From positions 1 to 64,000 of the forward strand of contig NIVC01003474.1 in assembly GCA_002269645.1 (NCBI GenBank): a stretch of DNA of 64,000 nucleotides. The letters run 5' to 3'. A program made the position numbers and the translations under genes. This DNA comes from Macrostomum lignano (taxonomy: Eukaryota). The notes under the pieces were generated by a model. That model saw nothing but the letters and a program-made list of their open reading frames with translations. It did no database searches and was not told the DNA's origin. This document shows, piece after piece, positions 50,001-61,899 of this stretch (the first letter of the stretch is position 1; every line of letters starts with the position of its first letter).

Positions 50001-51963
50001 AGCAACTCTTTTCGAATTGGATTGAGGCAAAAATCGTGACAGAATCTGGCAAAGGGAAATTTTTGTCTCTGACTTAGCTGAGCTGGTGGCTTGAAATGAT
50101 CTGACGGAGTCGATGACTTGCAATAATTGCGCCTATTCTGACTAATGAAGCTTCTGTTGAATGTAACTATGCTGTTCCATCCCTGGAGTCACAAGGTAAT
50201 CATTTTGGATCTTTTCTATAACGCCACCGGTCTAACATTGAGGGTGTTTGAGTTGATAGAGCGGATCACAAATAGCAATCACAAATGTTTAAGAATCCTC
50301 TCGAATCCTTGATCAGGAGATTAAAAAGCTATTTTTTCTGGAAAGGTTTTAACGGGAAAATACATAAAGTACCTCCAGTTTTCCCTAGTCTTTTGGCTTA
50401 TCTAGCTATTTTTATTGAAAACGAAACGCAAGCAGGTGTTTTACAAGCAAATCGACTGTTTGCTAAAGCTTATACAGTTACAGCACGCTGAAACATGAGC
50501 GCTAATTTTTTTTTTGGTGCACAAACAAGAAGCTGTCACACCAGCCTTTATCATCGCTTTTATACTATGCATGAATGGCGTGAAGGTGTAAAAAAGCCAG
50601 ATGGTAAGCTCACACGTGGCATTGGATTTGTACAGGCAAAGCTTAAACTGTGTGATGCCGAGTGCGTGACTATAACAGCTTAGTTGTTCAATCATTCTCT
50701 GGATCGCATAACACGTGTGTAGGAGACACAGTTTGTCGAAAAGCGAAAACGCAACACCGGGCTTCCGGCAAACACACGCGCGACACGCAATATTGTAAGG
50801 CAGCTGATACAATGGACACAACTGAGAATACAGAGACACGTGAATCGCATTAATAATTCAAGACCAGCCACTCGAAATTCTAAGCATCCAGCAGTGTCTT
50901 TCACAGGACAAGGACAAAACACCCGGTAAAATGAAGAAGATAAGTTTGCAGTCCACTGATCTGCCTTAATATTGCTCTTGCCGGCAGAGGCGTTACGTTG
51001 CATGGTTTCATGCCAGGCTCGTAGGTTTGTAAATAAAAAATGGTAAAACGATATCTACGTGTAAGGGGTCTCTCTGGTTGCTTTCACAAAGGCGAAAGAG
51101 GATGTGAACTTAAGCGCGATTTGGAAGCCGTGAGTCCAGCAACCAAACCGCTGCGAAATTCTCCCTATTCAGACCCAAAAAAGACAAGAAAAGCGTAATT
51201 GATCTTTCTTCCACCCCGGCCGCTTCTGCATGGGATAAATGGGGAAAAATGGGGATTTCATGTGAACTTAAGGCTCTGGAATGGAAGCGCTGGCCGATTG
51301 AGCCGGTTTCTCTATCGGATCTCTCTACTGGACCGAAAATGAGACAAGAATCGTTAAAAACCGCATCCCTTTTGTGTTGATGATTTTTACGGGCCATACT
51401 TGGGATTCTACATTAGTAGGCAAGATAGGCTGACAGAGATGCCGAGGGTGCTGTGCCTTTGTAATCATATGCCTAAATCTTATGGACCTAATATTGAAAT
51501 CGTCATTAATCGAGGCAGCCTCATTATATCCCGCACCCATATGTGCACGTAATTCTTGGCTAGCCAATATCATTTTATAATGAGTGTTCTTCACTTTTTA
51601 TTGTCCTGACACCTTGAACTTTTTTTTGCTGGGCAACGAGCATTTAAGTATTGATTACGCAATCTGAATCCCGCACCCATATGTGCACTGCATGTACATT
51701 TGCATGGCCGACGCTAAGTGTGTTAATAATACTGCGATTATCATTATAAAAGTGTTGAAGTATTTGGGCAGAAAGTTATTTTATATGTCAAAAAAGCTTG
51801 TCAGTAGCCTTCAAGACAGCATGCTGGACTCTAAAGTGCGTGACCATTAGCCATTTATATTTCGAAATCTATGCGTGCAATAATTTGGTGATGCACATTT
51901 TCTGATCGACTCTTGCGGCTCATTGTTACCTTCACTTTTCAATCTATGTAACTTAGCTTTGTC

Positions 51964-53719
51964 ATGTACTGGGCATGCCATCGATGTGGTAAACAGTTCA
52001 GCAATGAATTCAACCTCAAGAAACATCAGCAGACAACCAGGTGTTCGGTTTTAAAGGAAGCGACTTTCTTTGGCTCCTGCAAGTCATTCGCAGATGTGAG
52101 AGGTGTGCTGCAGCGTTCTCCAACCAAGGTTAAAAATTTTTTAAACCCGAATCTTTTTCCTGAACTTTTGGCTGACAAGCGCTTTAAGAAAGTCGTTGGA
52201 ATGTCTCGAGAGAACTTTGACAGCTTCAAAAGCCTCATCTCTGGCTCAGTACGCACTAGATTTCTAAGTCAAGAGAACAGAGTATTTCTTTACCTGAAAA
52301 AACTCCGCCCATGGCGTCAGCTTTGAAGCCATAGGAAACGATTTCAACATTTCTGCGCGCCGCGCTTGTGAAGTCTTTTGGGAGGTGGCCAAGGATCACT
52401 ACATCAACGACCCTTTTCAACCAAGGCTACTGTCATGTGCTCCGATTGAGCCAAGGAACTGGCAAAAGAAATTCAGCAACTGGCAACCGTCGTGGATATT
52501 TATGGCCGTTTTGTTTTCGAGGCACACATCTCGAACATATCGAGTCCTTCTTCGCCTCAGCGATTTACCGAATGGAAACCCTTTTGGATTCCACGATGCC
52601 GGTCTAAGGAGGCTACATGCCTACTACTCCTCGTCCAAAGTGGGTAGCCGAACAGCTGGCTGTGACTGCCATGTAATGACAGTTCTTTTGGTCCTAGGTC
52701 ATTATGCCTACGACCCAGATTCCTTTCGCCAACGATATCCTGAGCGCCGCTTCGTTGATACACAGCTTCCTAAAAGCCTCAACGCTAATCTTTACACCTC
52801 TCTACCTGCTGAGGAAAATTTTAGAACAGAGCCTCGTCAAGAGCATCGTTTAGGAGCAAAGGATGCCAAACAAACATCATCAAGAAGTTCAGAGCCGCAG
52901 CCTCTCTGTGGACTAAGAAATAGCGGAGCAGACTGCTATGCCTATTCTGCTATTCAGCTTCTTTACTGGATGGAGCAGAAGGGCCCATTAATGAGACGGG
53001 ACATAGCTAGCGACTTGCAAAGATCTTTACAGCTACTTTTTCATCAAATGCTAGCTCTAAAAAATACTTCTGCCGCAGAAGTACAAGGAATTATCAGGCG
53101 CATCTGGCCCGGCAGATTTGCTGCTGGTGAGCAGCACTGCTTTCTGGAGTTCTTGGAAGCCCTGCTTTCGACTCTCTCGGTTGCTAATGGCGCCCTTGCA
53201 GATGTTACTGCGCTCCGTAATTGTCGACGTTGTGGCTACAGCGCAGCCTCGATTCAAACAGGAACAATCAGAGAACAAATTCTTTGCGTTCCTCTCTCAG
53301 AGTACAGCAGGGCTCCGATTAGCCTTTACGATCTTTTGGAAGAGCGACTGCGACCACGCATTTCGCAGTGCGGCCAATTAGGATGCGAAGGCTTGATTGA
53401 AGAGCAGATTATTCTGTCAGCGGCCAAGTTTGCAATTACGAGTATTTACTTCAGCAGAACTCCAGAAAACTATAACACCGAAAAAATCAACACCCAAATA
53501 CGGTACTCACCAAGATCTGAGAGTAATTCCGACTTCGGCAGTCCTGTGATAGTGATATGCCACTATGGCAGATCTCTCCATCGCGGGCACTACACTACCA
53601 GTGTTTGGCATGACAATGTATGGTGGTTGATTGGCGATTCCAGAATTGTGCCCAACTGCAATCCGTTTCTCCGGGATGCACAAAATATCGTTGCTGTAGT
53701 TGTGCAAAAGAAAGACTGA
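51964..53719 (+). CDS. Transposase-derived zinc finger + HTH + SWIM-like segment fused to a USP (peptidase C19) domain; one extra C near 52309 splits the ORF
   Basis: CHRC..H..C finger; LSQENRVFLYLKKLR|HGVSFEAIGNDFNIS (Harbinger/ISL2EU-type HTH); SRH..TY and KVGSRTAGCDCHV..VL..LG; Cys box GLRNSGADCYAYSAIQLL; EQH..EFL; CRRC; His box HYGRSLHRGHY...W...GD. About 584 aa if the extra base is removed. Confidence 0.8.
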
Positions 53720-54128
53720 TCGTCCTTTCACCAGATCGTAGACCCGAGCTAGACAAGTTTTAGTTTTTCCTTGCGATGCACTCCAAATTTCAAAAGATTT
53801 ATACCTACCTATGAACTTTTGCTTGCCACTACTTGCTCTGTTACATGTACATGCTTGTTAATATTTGCTCATGTACTTCTGCTTGAAAATATTTGCTCAT
53901 GCACTTTTGGTTCCCCTTATTTGCAAATGCACTGTATCATACATTACTAAAATCGTGCGTTTTAATATTTCATTAAACCTGTTCAGAAAAGTCTAATACA
54001 GATACTTAAAAAGATATTTTAAGTACAAAGATCGTTAAATACAATTACAGAAATTTTTAAAACATTCTTCAACATAAAGACTCAAGGCAGCTTTACCGGC
54101 CTGTTTCATCGGTCAGATTCTGATTGTC

Positions 54129-56322
54129 GGTCCAGTAGAGAGATCCGATAGAGAAACCGGCTCAATCGGCCACGCTTCCATTTCAGAGCCTTAAGTTCAC
54201 ATGAAATCCCCATTTTTCCCCATTTATCCGATTCAGGGAGACCAAATGATACAGAGATGCGGTTTTCGACGATTCCTGTCTCATTGTTGGTCCAGTAGAG
54301 AGATCCGATAGAGAAACCGGCTCAATCGGCCACTGCTTCCATTCCAGAGCCTTAAGTTCACATGAAATCCCCATTTTTCCCCATTTATCCCATTCAGGGA
54401 GACCAAATGATAGAGAGATGCGGTTTTCGACGATTCCTGTCTCATTGTTGGTCCAGTAGAGAGATCCGATAGAGAAACCGGCTCAATCGGCCACTGCTTC
54501 CATTCCAGAGCCTTAAGTTCACATGAAATCCCCATTTTTCCCCATTTATCCCATTCAGGGAGACCAAATGATAGAGAGATGCGGTTTTCGACGATTCTTG
54601 TCTCATTGTCGGTCCAGTAGAGAGATCCGATAGAGAAACCGGCTCAATCGGCCACCGCTTCCATTTCAGAGCCTTAAGTTCACATGAAATCCCCATTTTT
54701 CCCCATTTATCCCATTCAGGGAGACCAAATGATAGAGAGATGCGGTTTTCGACGATTCTTGTCTCATTGTCGGTCCAGTAGAGAGATCCGATAGAGAAAC
54801 CGGCTCAACCGGCCACTGCTTCCATTCAAGAGCCTTAAGTTCACATGAAATCCCCATTTTTCCCCATTTATCCGATTCAGGGAGACCAAATGATAGAGAG
54901 ATGCGGTTTTCGACGATTCTTGTCTCATTGTCGGTCCAGTAGAGAGATCCGATAGAGAAACCGGCTCAATCGGCCACTGCTTCCATTCCAGAGCCTTAAG
55001 TTCACATGAAATCCCCATTTTTCCCCATTTATCCCATTCAGGGAGACCAAATGATAGAGAGATGCGGTTTTCGACGATTCTTGTCTCATTGTCGGTCCAG
55101 TAGAGAGATCCGATAGAGAAACCGGCTCAATCGGCCACGCTTCCATTTCAGAGCCTTAAGTTCACATGAAATCCCCATTTTTCCCCATTTATCCGATTCA
55201 GGGAGACCAAATGATAGAGAGATGCGGTTTTCGACGATTCCTGTCTCATTGTTGGTCCAGTAGAGAGATCCGATAGAGAAACCGGCTCAATCGGCCACTG
55301 CTTCCATTCCAGAGCCTTAAGTTCACATGAAATCCCCATTTTTCCCCATTTATCCCATTCAGGGAGACCAAATGATAGAGAGATGCGGTTTTTGACGATT
55401 CTTGTCTCATTGTCGGTCCAGTAGAGAGATCCGATAGAGAAACCGGCTCAATCGGCCACTGCTTCCATTCCAGAGCCTTAAGTTCACATGAAATCCCCAT
55501 TTTTCCCCATTTATCCCATTCAGGGAGACCAAATGATAGAGAGATGCGGTTTTCGACGATTCTTGTCTCATTGTCGGTCCAGTAGAGAGATCCGATAGAG
55601 AAACCGGCTCAATCGGCCACTGCTTCCATTCCAGAGCCTTAAGTTCACATGAAATCCCCATTTTTCCCCATTTATCCCATTCAGGGAGACCAAATAATAG
55701 AGAGATGCGGTTTTCGACGATTCTTGTCTCATTGTCGGTCCAGTAGAGAGATCCGATAGAGAAACCGGCTCAATCGGCCACCGCTTCCATTTCAGAGCCT
55801 TAAGTTCACATGAAATCCCCATTTTTCCCCATTTATCCCATTCAGGGAGACCAAATGATAGAGAGATGCGGTTTTCGACGATTCTTGTCTCATTGTCGGT
55901 CCAGTAGAGAGATCCGATAGAGAAACCGGCTCAATCGGCCACCGCTTCCATTTCAGAGCCTTAAGTTCACATGAAATCCCCATTTTTCCCCATTTATCCC
56001 ATTCAGGGAGACCAAATGATAGAGAGATGCGGTTTTCGACGATTCTTGTCTCATTGTCGGTCCAGTAGAGAGATCCGATAGAGAAACCGGCTCAACCGGC
56101 CACTGCTTCCATTCAAGAGCCTTAAGTTCACATGAAATCCCCATTTTTCCCCATTTATCCGATTCAGGGAGACCAAATGATAGAGAGATGCGGTTTTCGA
56201 CGATTCTTGTCTCATTGTCGGTCCAGTAGAGAGATCCGATAGAGAAACCGGCTCAATCGGCCACTGCTTCCATTCCAGAGCCTTAAGTTCACATGAAATC
56301 CCCATTTTTCCCCATTTATCCC
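54129..56322. repeat. 161-bp tandem satellite (about 13.6 copies) inside the right arm of the Spy-like element
   Basis: Unit CGGTCCAGTAGAGAGATCCG...TTGTCTCATTGT with few substitutions; a single inverted partial unit at about 51231-51367 in the left arm. Confidence 0.97.
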
Positions 56323-57934
56323 ATGCAGAAGCGGCCGGGGTGGAAGAAAGATCAATTACGCTTTTCTTGTCTTTTTTGGGTCTGAATAGGGAGAATTTCG
56401 CAGCGGTTTGGTTGCTGGACTCACGGCTTCCAAATCGCGCTTAAGTTCACATCCTCTTTCACAACCGCTAATCACCTTCTTTCATAAACGCGAAATTTCA
56501 TAACCGCGAAACTTCACAACCGCTAAATCACCTACTTTCATAAGCACTAAACTTCACAAACGCGAAACTTCACAACCGCTAAAAAGACTGCCGTATATGA
56601 AAGTAAGTGCAAAAATTTTAGCGGTTGTGAAATTTCACGCTTGTGAAACCCACCCCTCTCTAGGACTTGACTTGAGACGGTGCTTCTGGTACGTGCGAGC
56701 GTAATCATATTGGCTTCTAGTTTTTAAAGCAACCACGAGATTCGAATAATGAATAAAAAAACTGAAACCCTGGTTCTCTCCATGGATCGATCCGCCCTTA
56801 GTCTTATTGGATTTTAAATTGACTTCTTCCCTTGTTGGATCCGGACTTCCACAAATAGGCGCTGAAGCGTGGCGACTGTCCATCATGAACTGCTGTGGGC
56901 TTCGTATCGGAGTTGCCTGGATGCTTGGATCTTGCGACTAAATTATCTTAGGGAGCTCAGGGAGCGTAATCTGGGATCCAGGCTCACTCACCATGTCTCT
57001 GTCCTCAACGATATTGTATATGTACTTTCACCGCGCCATCTGATGACTTTTTTCACCTCTGAAGTCAACCTCCGAACGTAGATACGATTGGTGCACGGAA
57101 AAGACCTTAAGTATGACCTTGCCCTCCCGTCTGCTGTGGAAGTCTTGCTGACGATACTGAGACTACTCTCATGATTCCTTTCCAGTACCAAACAGACATA
57201 ATGCTGACTCCAGACATCGTCGAGTCTTGGGTGTTGGAATATTCTCTAGGCAATATTTATTTCTCTGAAAGCGTTCTCCAACGATACGATCAAGGGTGTG
57301 GTCATGCTAGCTAGGCCCTCTCGGTGAGTAGCCTAGGTGATTCACTCCAATCATTCATGCAGCAGCGAAAGAATGTCAATAGCAGATCAAAAGCAATATA
57401 GCAAAGAAGCAAGTGGGTTTATTCGAGATGCCTGGATATTGATATGTGTAATATATTTCGGCTAAAGTAAAAGGAACTATTGACAGAAGCATCATTGCTC
57501 CTCAGTTGCTTTACTGATTGATTAAGCATCTCATCGATCAATACTTTCCCAAAGTTTCATCCAACAAGCAAGGAAAGTTTTCAGGGGGATTGATTGATTT
57601 TCAAATCTATGGAAATTTTTCCCAACGAAATGTCCAGTTGCTAAAACAATCCGATATTGGTGAACTGAAGCAAATCAATTGAAGGCTCAATTAGACATAA
57701 AACTGTAACAATGGCGTGTGAAAGATCAAATGAATGGCACATATCAGTTCTATCATAAAATCTTTCGGTGAAAATACTCAAAAGATTAAACGGATTCTAA
57801 TCGGCCTTGCAAGCGTGAAGAGAGAACTGGATGCATCGTTAAAAAACCAAGAAAAAAGTTCGCGAAACCAATGGGAACACCTCACAGCTGCGGAATAGGC
57901 TATTCAGCACACACCTAACCTTGAGATTTTTGGG

Positions 57935-57942
57935 TATAAATA
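57935..57942 (+). promoter_or_regulatory. Candidate TATA box for GPCR F (paralogous site 37411-37418 for D)
   Basis: TATAAATA about 100 nt upstream of the ATG, conserved in both paralogous flanks. Confidence 0.4.
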
Positions 57943-58039
57943 GAAGCTCAAACCAATCATGCACTCGACTGCTGTATATCGAATTCATGCTTCATTCTTG
58001 CTGAAGCAACACTAAGATTGCTTTGTTCAAACCGAGCAG

Positions 58040-59116
58040 ATGAACGAAACAAACTCTAGCAATCCTCAGGAGCCCTGGTTCCACGACCCCAACTGGAACT
58101 GGTTCATCTGGAACGTCTTCGTCTGGCTTTTTCCGCTGCTCTGTCTGGTCGGAGCGGTCGCGAACGCCGTCTCCTTCTACGTGATCGTGTCCAACAGGAA
58201 GTCGTTTCCCTACGTCACCAGGCAGTACCTCACCATCATCACTGCCAGTGACTTTCTCATTCTCACCTGCAAGGTGAGCACTCACTACTTTGGCTACATG
58301 GCATTCTACGTGAAGACGAACAAGTGGACCTGGTTCACTAATCCGAGAGGTTGGGGAATCGCTTGGTGCATTGTGTACGACTTCTTTACATACTATGGGC
58401 TGGTAGGATCTCAGTTTTTTCAACTGGGTCTCACGGTAGATCGGCTGATTGCGGTAGCGGCTCCGATGAAGGCCAAGGTGATTCTGACACATCGGAGAAG
58501 CTGGGTAATGCTGAGCCTCATCACTGCAATGGCACTGCTACTGCCGATCATGTTCGTCGCGAATAGAACGTGGAACGACGCCACTAACAACTGTGGATTA
58601 CGAAGTGTCAACTATCTAGTGAACGTGTACCAGCCGGCCGAGTTCTACTTTGGCAGGGTGTTCCTCGTTCTGGCGCTGACGTCGGGCACGGTGGTCATCT
58701 GCGTGCTGCTGGCCTGGAACAACAGGACCGCTCGGCGAATGCACTCCGACACGGCCGGCTCTGAGCAGCAGCAGCGGAGCAACCGAGAGCGACAGAGGTC
58801 GCTTGTTCGGATCAGCCTCATGCTGGTCTTCATCAACGTCTTCTTTCTGATCACGTCTCTGCCGTGGAGCATCGGCGCTCTACTAGAAGACCAGCTGGTT
58901 ACTGAACTTGGAGTCAACCCTTTCATATTGATGATGCGGCACTTCAACTCGCTGCTGTACGCGAACAACGCTCTGTCCTGGGTGACGTACTTGATGGGAC
59001 GGAACTTCCGAGAGGCGTTTCGCCGAGTGTGGCTGTCCCTGTGCTGCTGCTGCTGCGCCTCCTGCCGTCGTCGACTGGACGCTTCGGGCAGCAGCTCGAC
59101 GGCGAGCACTCGATAG
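58040..59116 (+). CDS. Class A GPCR copy F, intact, 358 aa
   Basis: Full 7TM ORF with the same motifs as copy B. Confidence 0.93.
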   Translation: MNETNSSNPQEPWFHDPNWNWFIWNVFVWLFPLLCLVGAVANAVSFYVIVSNRKSFPYVTRQYLTIITASDFLILTCKVSTHYFGYMAFYVKTNKWTWFTNPRGWGIAWCIVYDFFTYYGLVGSQFFQLGLTVDRLIAVAAPMKAKVILTHRRSWVMLSLITAMALLLPIMFVANRTWNDATNNCGLRSVNYLVNVYQPAEFYFGRVFLVLALTSGTVVICVLLAWNNRTARRMHSDTAGSEQQQRSNRERQRSLVRISLMLVFINVFFLITSLPWSIGALLEDQLVTELGVNPFILMMRHFNSLLYANNALSWVTYLMGRNFREAFRRVWLSLCCCCCASCRRRLDASGSSSTASTR

Positions 59117-61899
59117 AGCGTGCTCTAGGACTGATCGACTGGGCTGAGCTGATGGATTGAAAGATCTTATAGACTCAATGATTTGCGATGCGCATCTATT
59201 TTATTCTGACTAATGTGACTGCAGTCATCTAGAGGAAAATTCGAACTTTAAAAAACTATAGAATAATTCGTTCAAATTCTTATTGAAATAAAGCAATGAG
59301 GCTGAAAGTTTTGATTATTGTGGCTTAGTTAATTAACTTAATATTTATCATAATGCAAAAAACTAAGTCTGGACAAATATGTCTTATATAGAAATGTTGA
59401 GAATAAAAACATTCGAACGGGAAAAGTATAAAATGGAAATAGACTCGTTTGTTTCGATGCAAATTAACGAGGATGCAATGCGAGCTCTACTTATCCTGCG
59501 GCTTCGTTTTATTTACACTTTCCTTTGCTGGGTTTCCACTGGGCTTACTCGACTCCAGGAGTGCATGCTTACAGTTTTACTTTCGGTCAAGCATATACCC
59601 GAACTGTTTTCCTATGAAAGCCAAAAGTCTGATTGATCAGGAACAATCAGATTACTGTCTTGTAGTCGTTGGAAGTAGAAAGCGACACAAAATCAAGACT
59701 GAACAAGCTTCAGGATCACAAACACCTTCTATCAATAATCGAAGCGACATCTTCATTCATCTTACGCTCGTAAAACACGCAATATTACGATATTTTGTTT
59801 AAAATGTTTTACACGCTGTTATCTGACAAGGTATGGTATAACTATAGGTACATTCAGTCCTGCTGGTCGTTGCTTGAAAGCTTAAGCCGAAGACTAAAAT
59901 AAACTGAACTGTAGCCCCCATGCGACGTCAGCCGATCTTGCATTATTAAAAATTAATTTCTAACATCAGCAAGATTAATTCGCTGCTTCAAAATAAGCGA
60001 TAGCCACTACGAGCTTAGGAAGAAAATTTGTTTGAGCCAATCTTGTTTACTCAGCCTGTATGTATAGCTTTCGCGGAAGCAATTTTTGGCAGAGAATAAT
60101 CACCCGTCAGTCCTGTGCGGTGTTCGAAGTTATTTTTTACAAGCTGCAGCCCTATATTCAGATGTAGTCAATCCGAAGTCAGAGTCGGCCTTTTTATTTG
60201 TTATTGCAGAATACTCGCTGCAATTCTTGTTACTCGTATACTTTTAAGGAAATGAGAAGCAGATTTGAGTGTCATTCCACATTGCAGATACGATACTGAT
60301 TACATTTCTCAGCAGAGCAAATGAAAGCAACAGATGAAGAAGAAAAGCAGCAGTGCTTAAGGAGTCTGCAAGTGTCCTCGACCGTTTTTTTATTATGCCA
60401 GCCTCCTTGCAGCTGTTGCAACTTTTAGCGCGAATGCATATTGCGTTATTGGTTGGCAGTCATGATTCTTCTTTGCCTTCTTCTAGGTTTTGAAGTGACG
60501 AAAAATTTGACGCACTCTTAGAGAACGGTGTGGCATACTATACTCTCGTATATTAGTTTTTGGGTCGTCGTCTGACATGGGCTGGAGGGTAGAGGACAAA
60601 ATGGTGCACCTTTTGCATCAACGAAATATATGCAAAATTTACTTTAAAGCTTCTATCGTCCTACTGATAGTAGAGTAATTGGCGAGCTTACTGTTGGACT
60701 GGTCCTTATGCAACAACAAGTGCCATGGAAGTCCTCAACAAGTATTATCTGCGAAGTAGCATGCACAGGTCCGATTACATTTTAGCATAAAAAAAAGATG
60801 CATGCTGAGCTGGCTCGGGGTTTATTTAAAGGCAAATAAAATGAAAATAGAAAAAATAATGATTTACTTATAAAAATCAACATCATCATCACTCTTTTTG
60901 TAAAGATTTTTGCATTCCATCTGCAATCGCAGGAACTCCCTAATTACGGATATAATTACACGTTGCCTATAGTAGTATATAGTGTATAAGCTTGTCCAAT
61001 TGATTTGCAATCTTATATTAATAGTTAATATTTGGCTAGTGCGCAAGAACCGGTAGACAACAAGGACTCCTTGGAAGGCGCGCGTGACTTCCTGTTGTCA
61101 GATGAGGCTCAAGACAATCCGGCACACGTTGGACTGAGGTTTTAGCTCAGCCTGCGAGGACACGTACACGCTGCACGCAGACAAGACAAAAAGTACAAAG
61201 AAAGCAGAGACCAAGCAGGAGGCGACACAGGCCGGTAGAATTCCGCGTTAGCGAATGAGAAGCGCTCTTGCTGCTTTTTAAAGACTGCTTGCTTGTAGCC
61301 TTGAAAAACGCTTCTGAACGTCATTTAGACGTTGAGCCGCGCGTTCAGTATTCGTTGTCCATCCGTTCTGGTTGAATTCAGTTCCTTGTTGGCTTCTAAT
61401 ATCAGGTAAGTCCGCTATTCTACGTATATTTCTTACATTGGAGTTGACTACTACACAAACTAGGGCGGCAATTCTCTCTTTTAACGCCACAGCTCTAATT
61501 TAATTCACCAAAATATTTTTAGTTCTTTAGTACGAGGGTACCAATGAACTTCATAACCGTTATTGGTCGTTTTATTTCTTATTTTCATGCACTTTCGACG
61601 TACAAGCACATCTTCCTGACAACTGGACTGTATTTTTGGCAGACCACATTTTTAGAAAACAAATACAATAATGGCAGTAATATAACCATAAAGTTTGTCT
61701 ATTCATTATATATAGGATGGTACACGTAATACTGCATTCGCGATGAATTTATTCACATTTACTGCGTATATTGCCTTGCAGAAGAAACTTCAGTGGAAAG
61801 AGTCTCAAATAAATAAAATTTAGCTTGTAGCTACTTTATACGTGTGGCTGAAGGCTACCGAATAAGAAGCACAAGCACCTAGAGTTTTCAGCCGGAAGA

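Larger units (their letters stand above)
51098..56456 (+). mobile_element. Spy-like (PIF/Harbinger-ISL2EU-Spy group) TIR DNA transposon with no TSD, carrying a USP domain
   Basis: TIRs GAGGATGTGAACTTAAG... perfect for about 190 bp; flanks AAA (51095-51097) and TTT (56457-56459); empty site GAAATTTC at 35880-35887 in the other duplicate. Confidence 0.88.
23010..58030 (+). repeat. Tandem segmental duplication: about 23010-37500 repeated as about 38100-58030
   Basis: Offset 15089 in the first, near-identical 2.6 kb. The offset grows with the SINE and Spy-like insertions in the second copy; shared TE remnants are in the same order. Confidence 0.93.

Noticed and set aside
54129-56322. Repeat array as a CRISPR array, or as repeated 63-84 aa genes (MGISCELKAL...)
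   Set aside because: Head-to-tail 161-bp units with no unique spacers and no cas genes, in a eukaryotic context; the ORFs are by-products of the repeat.
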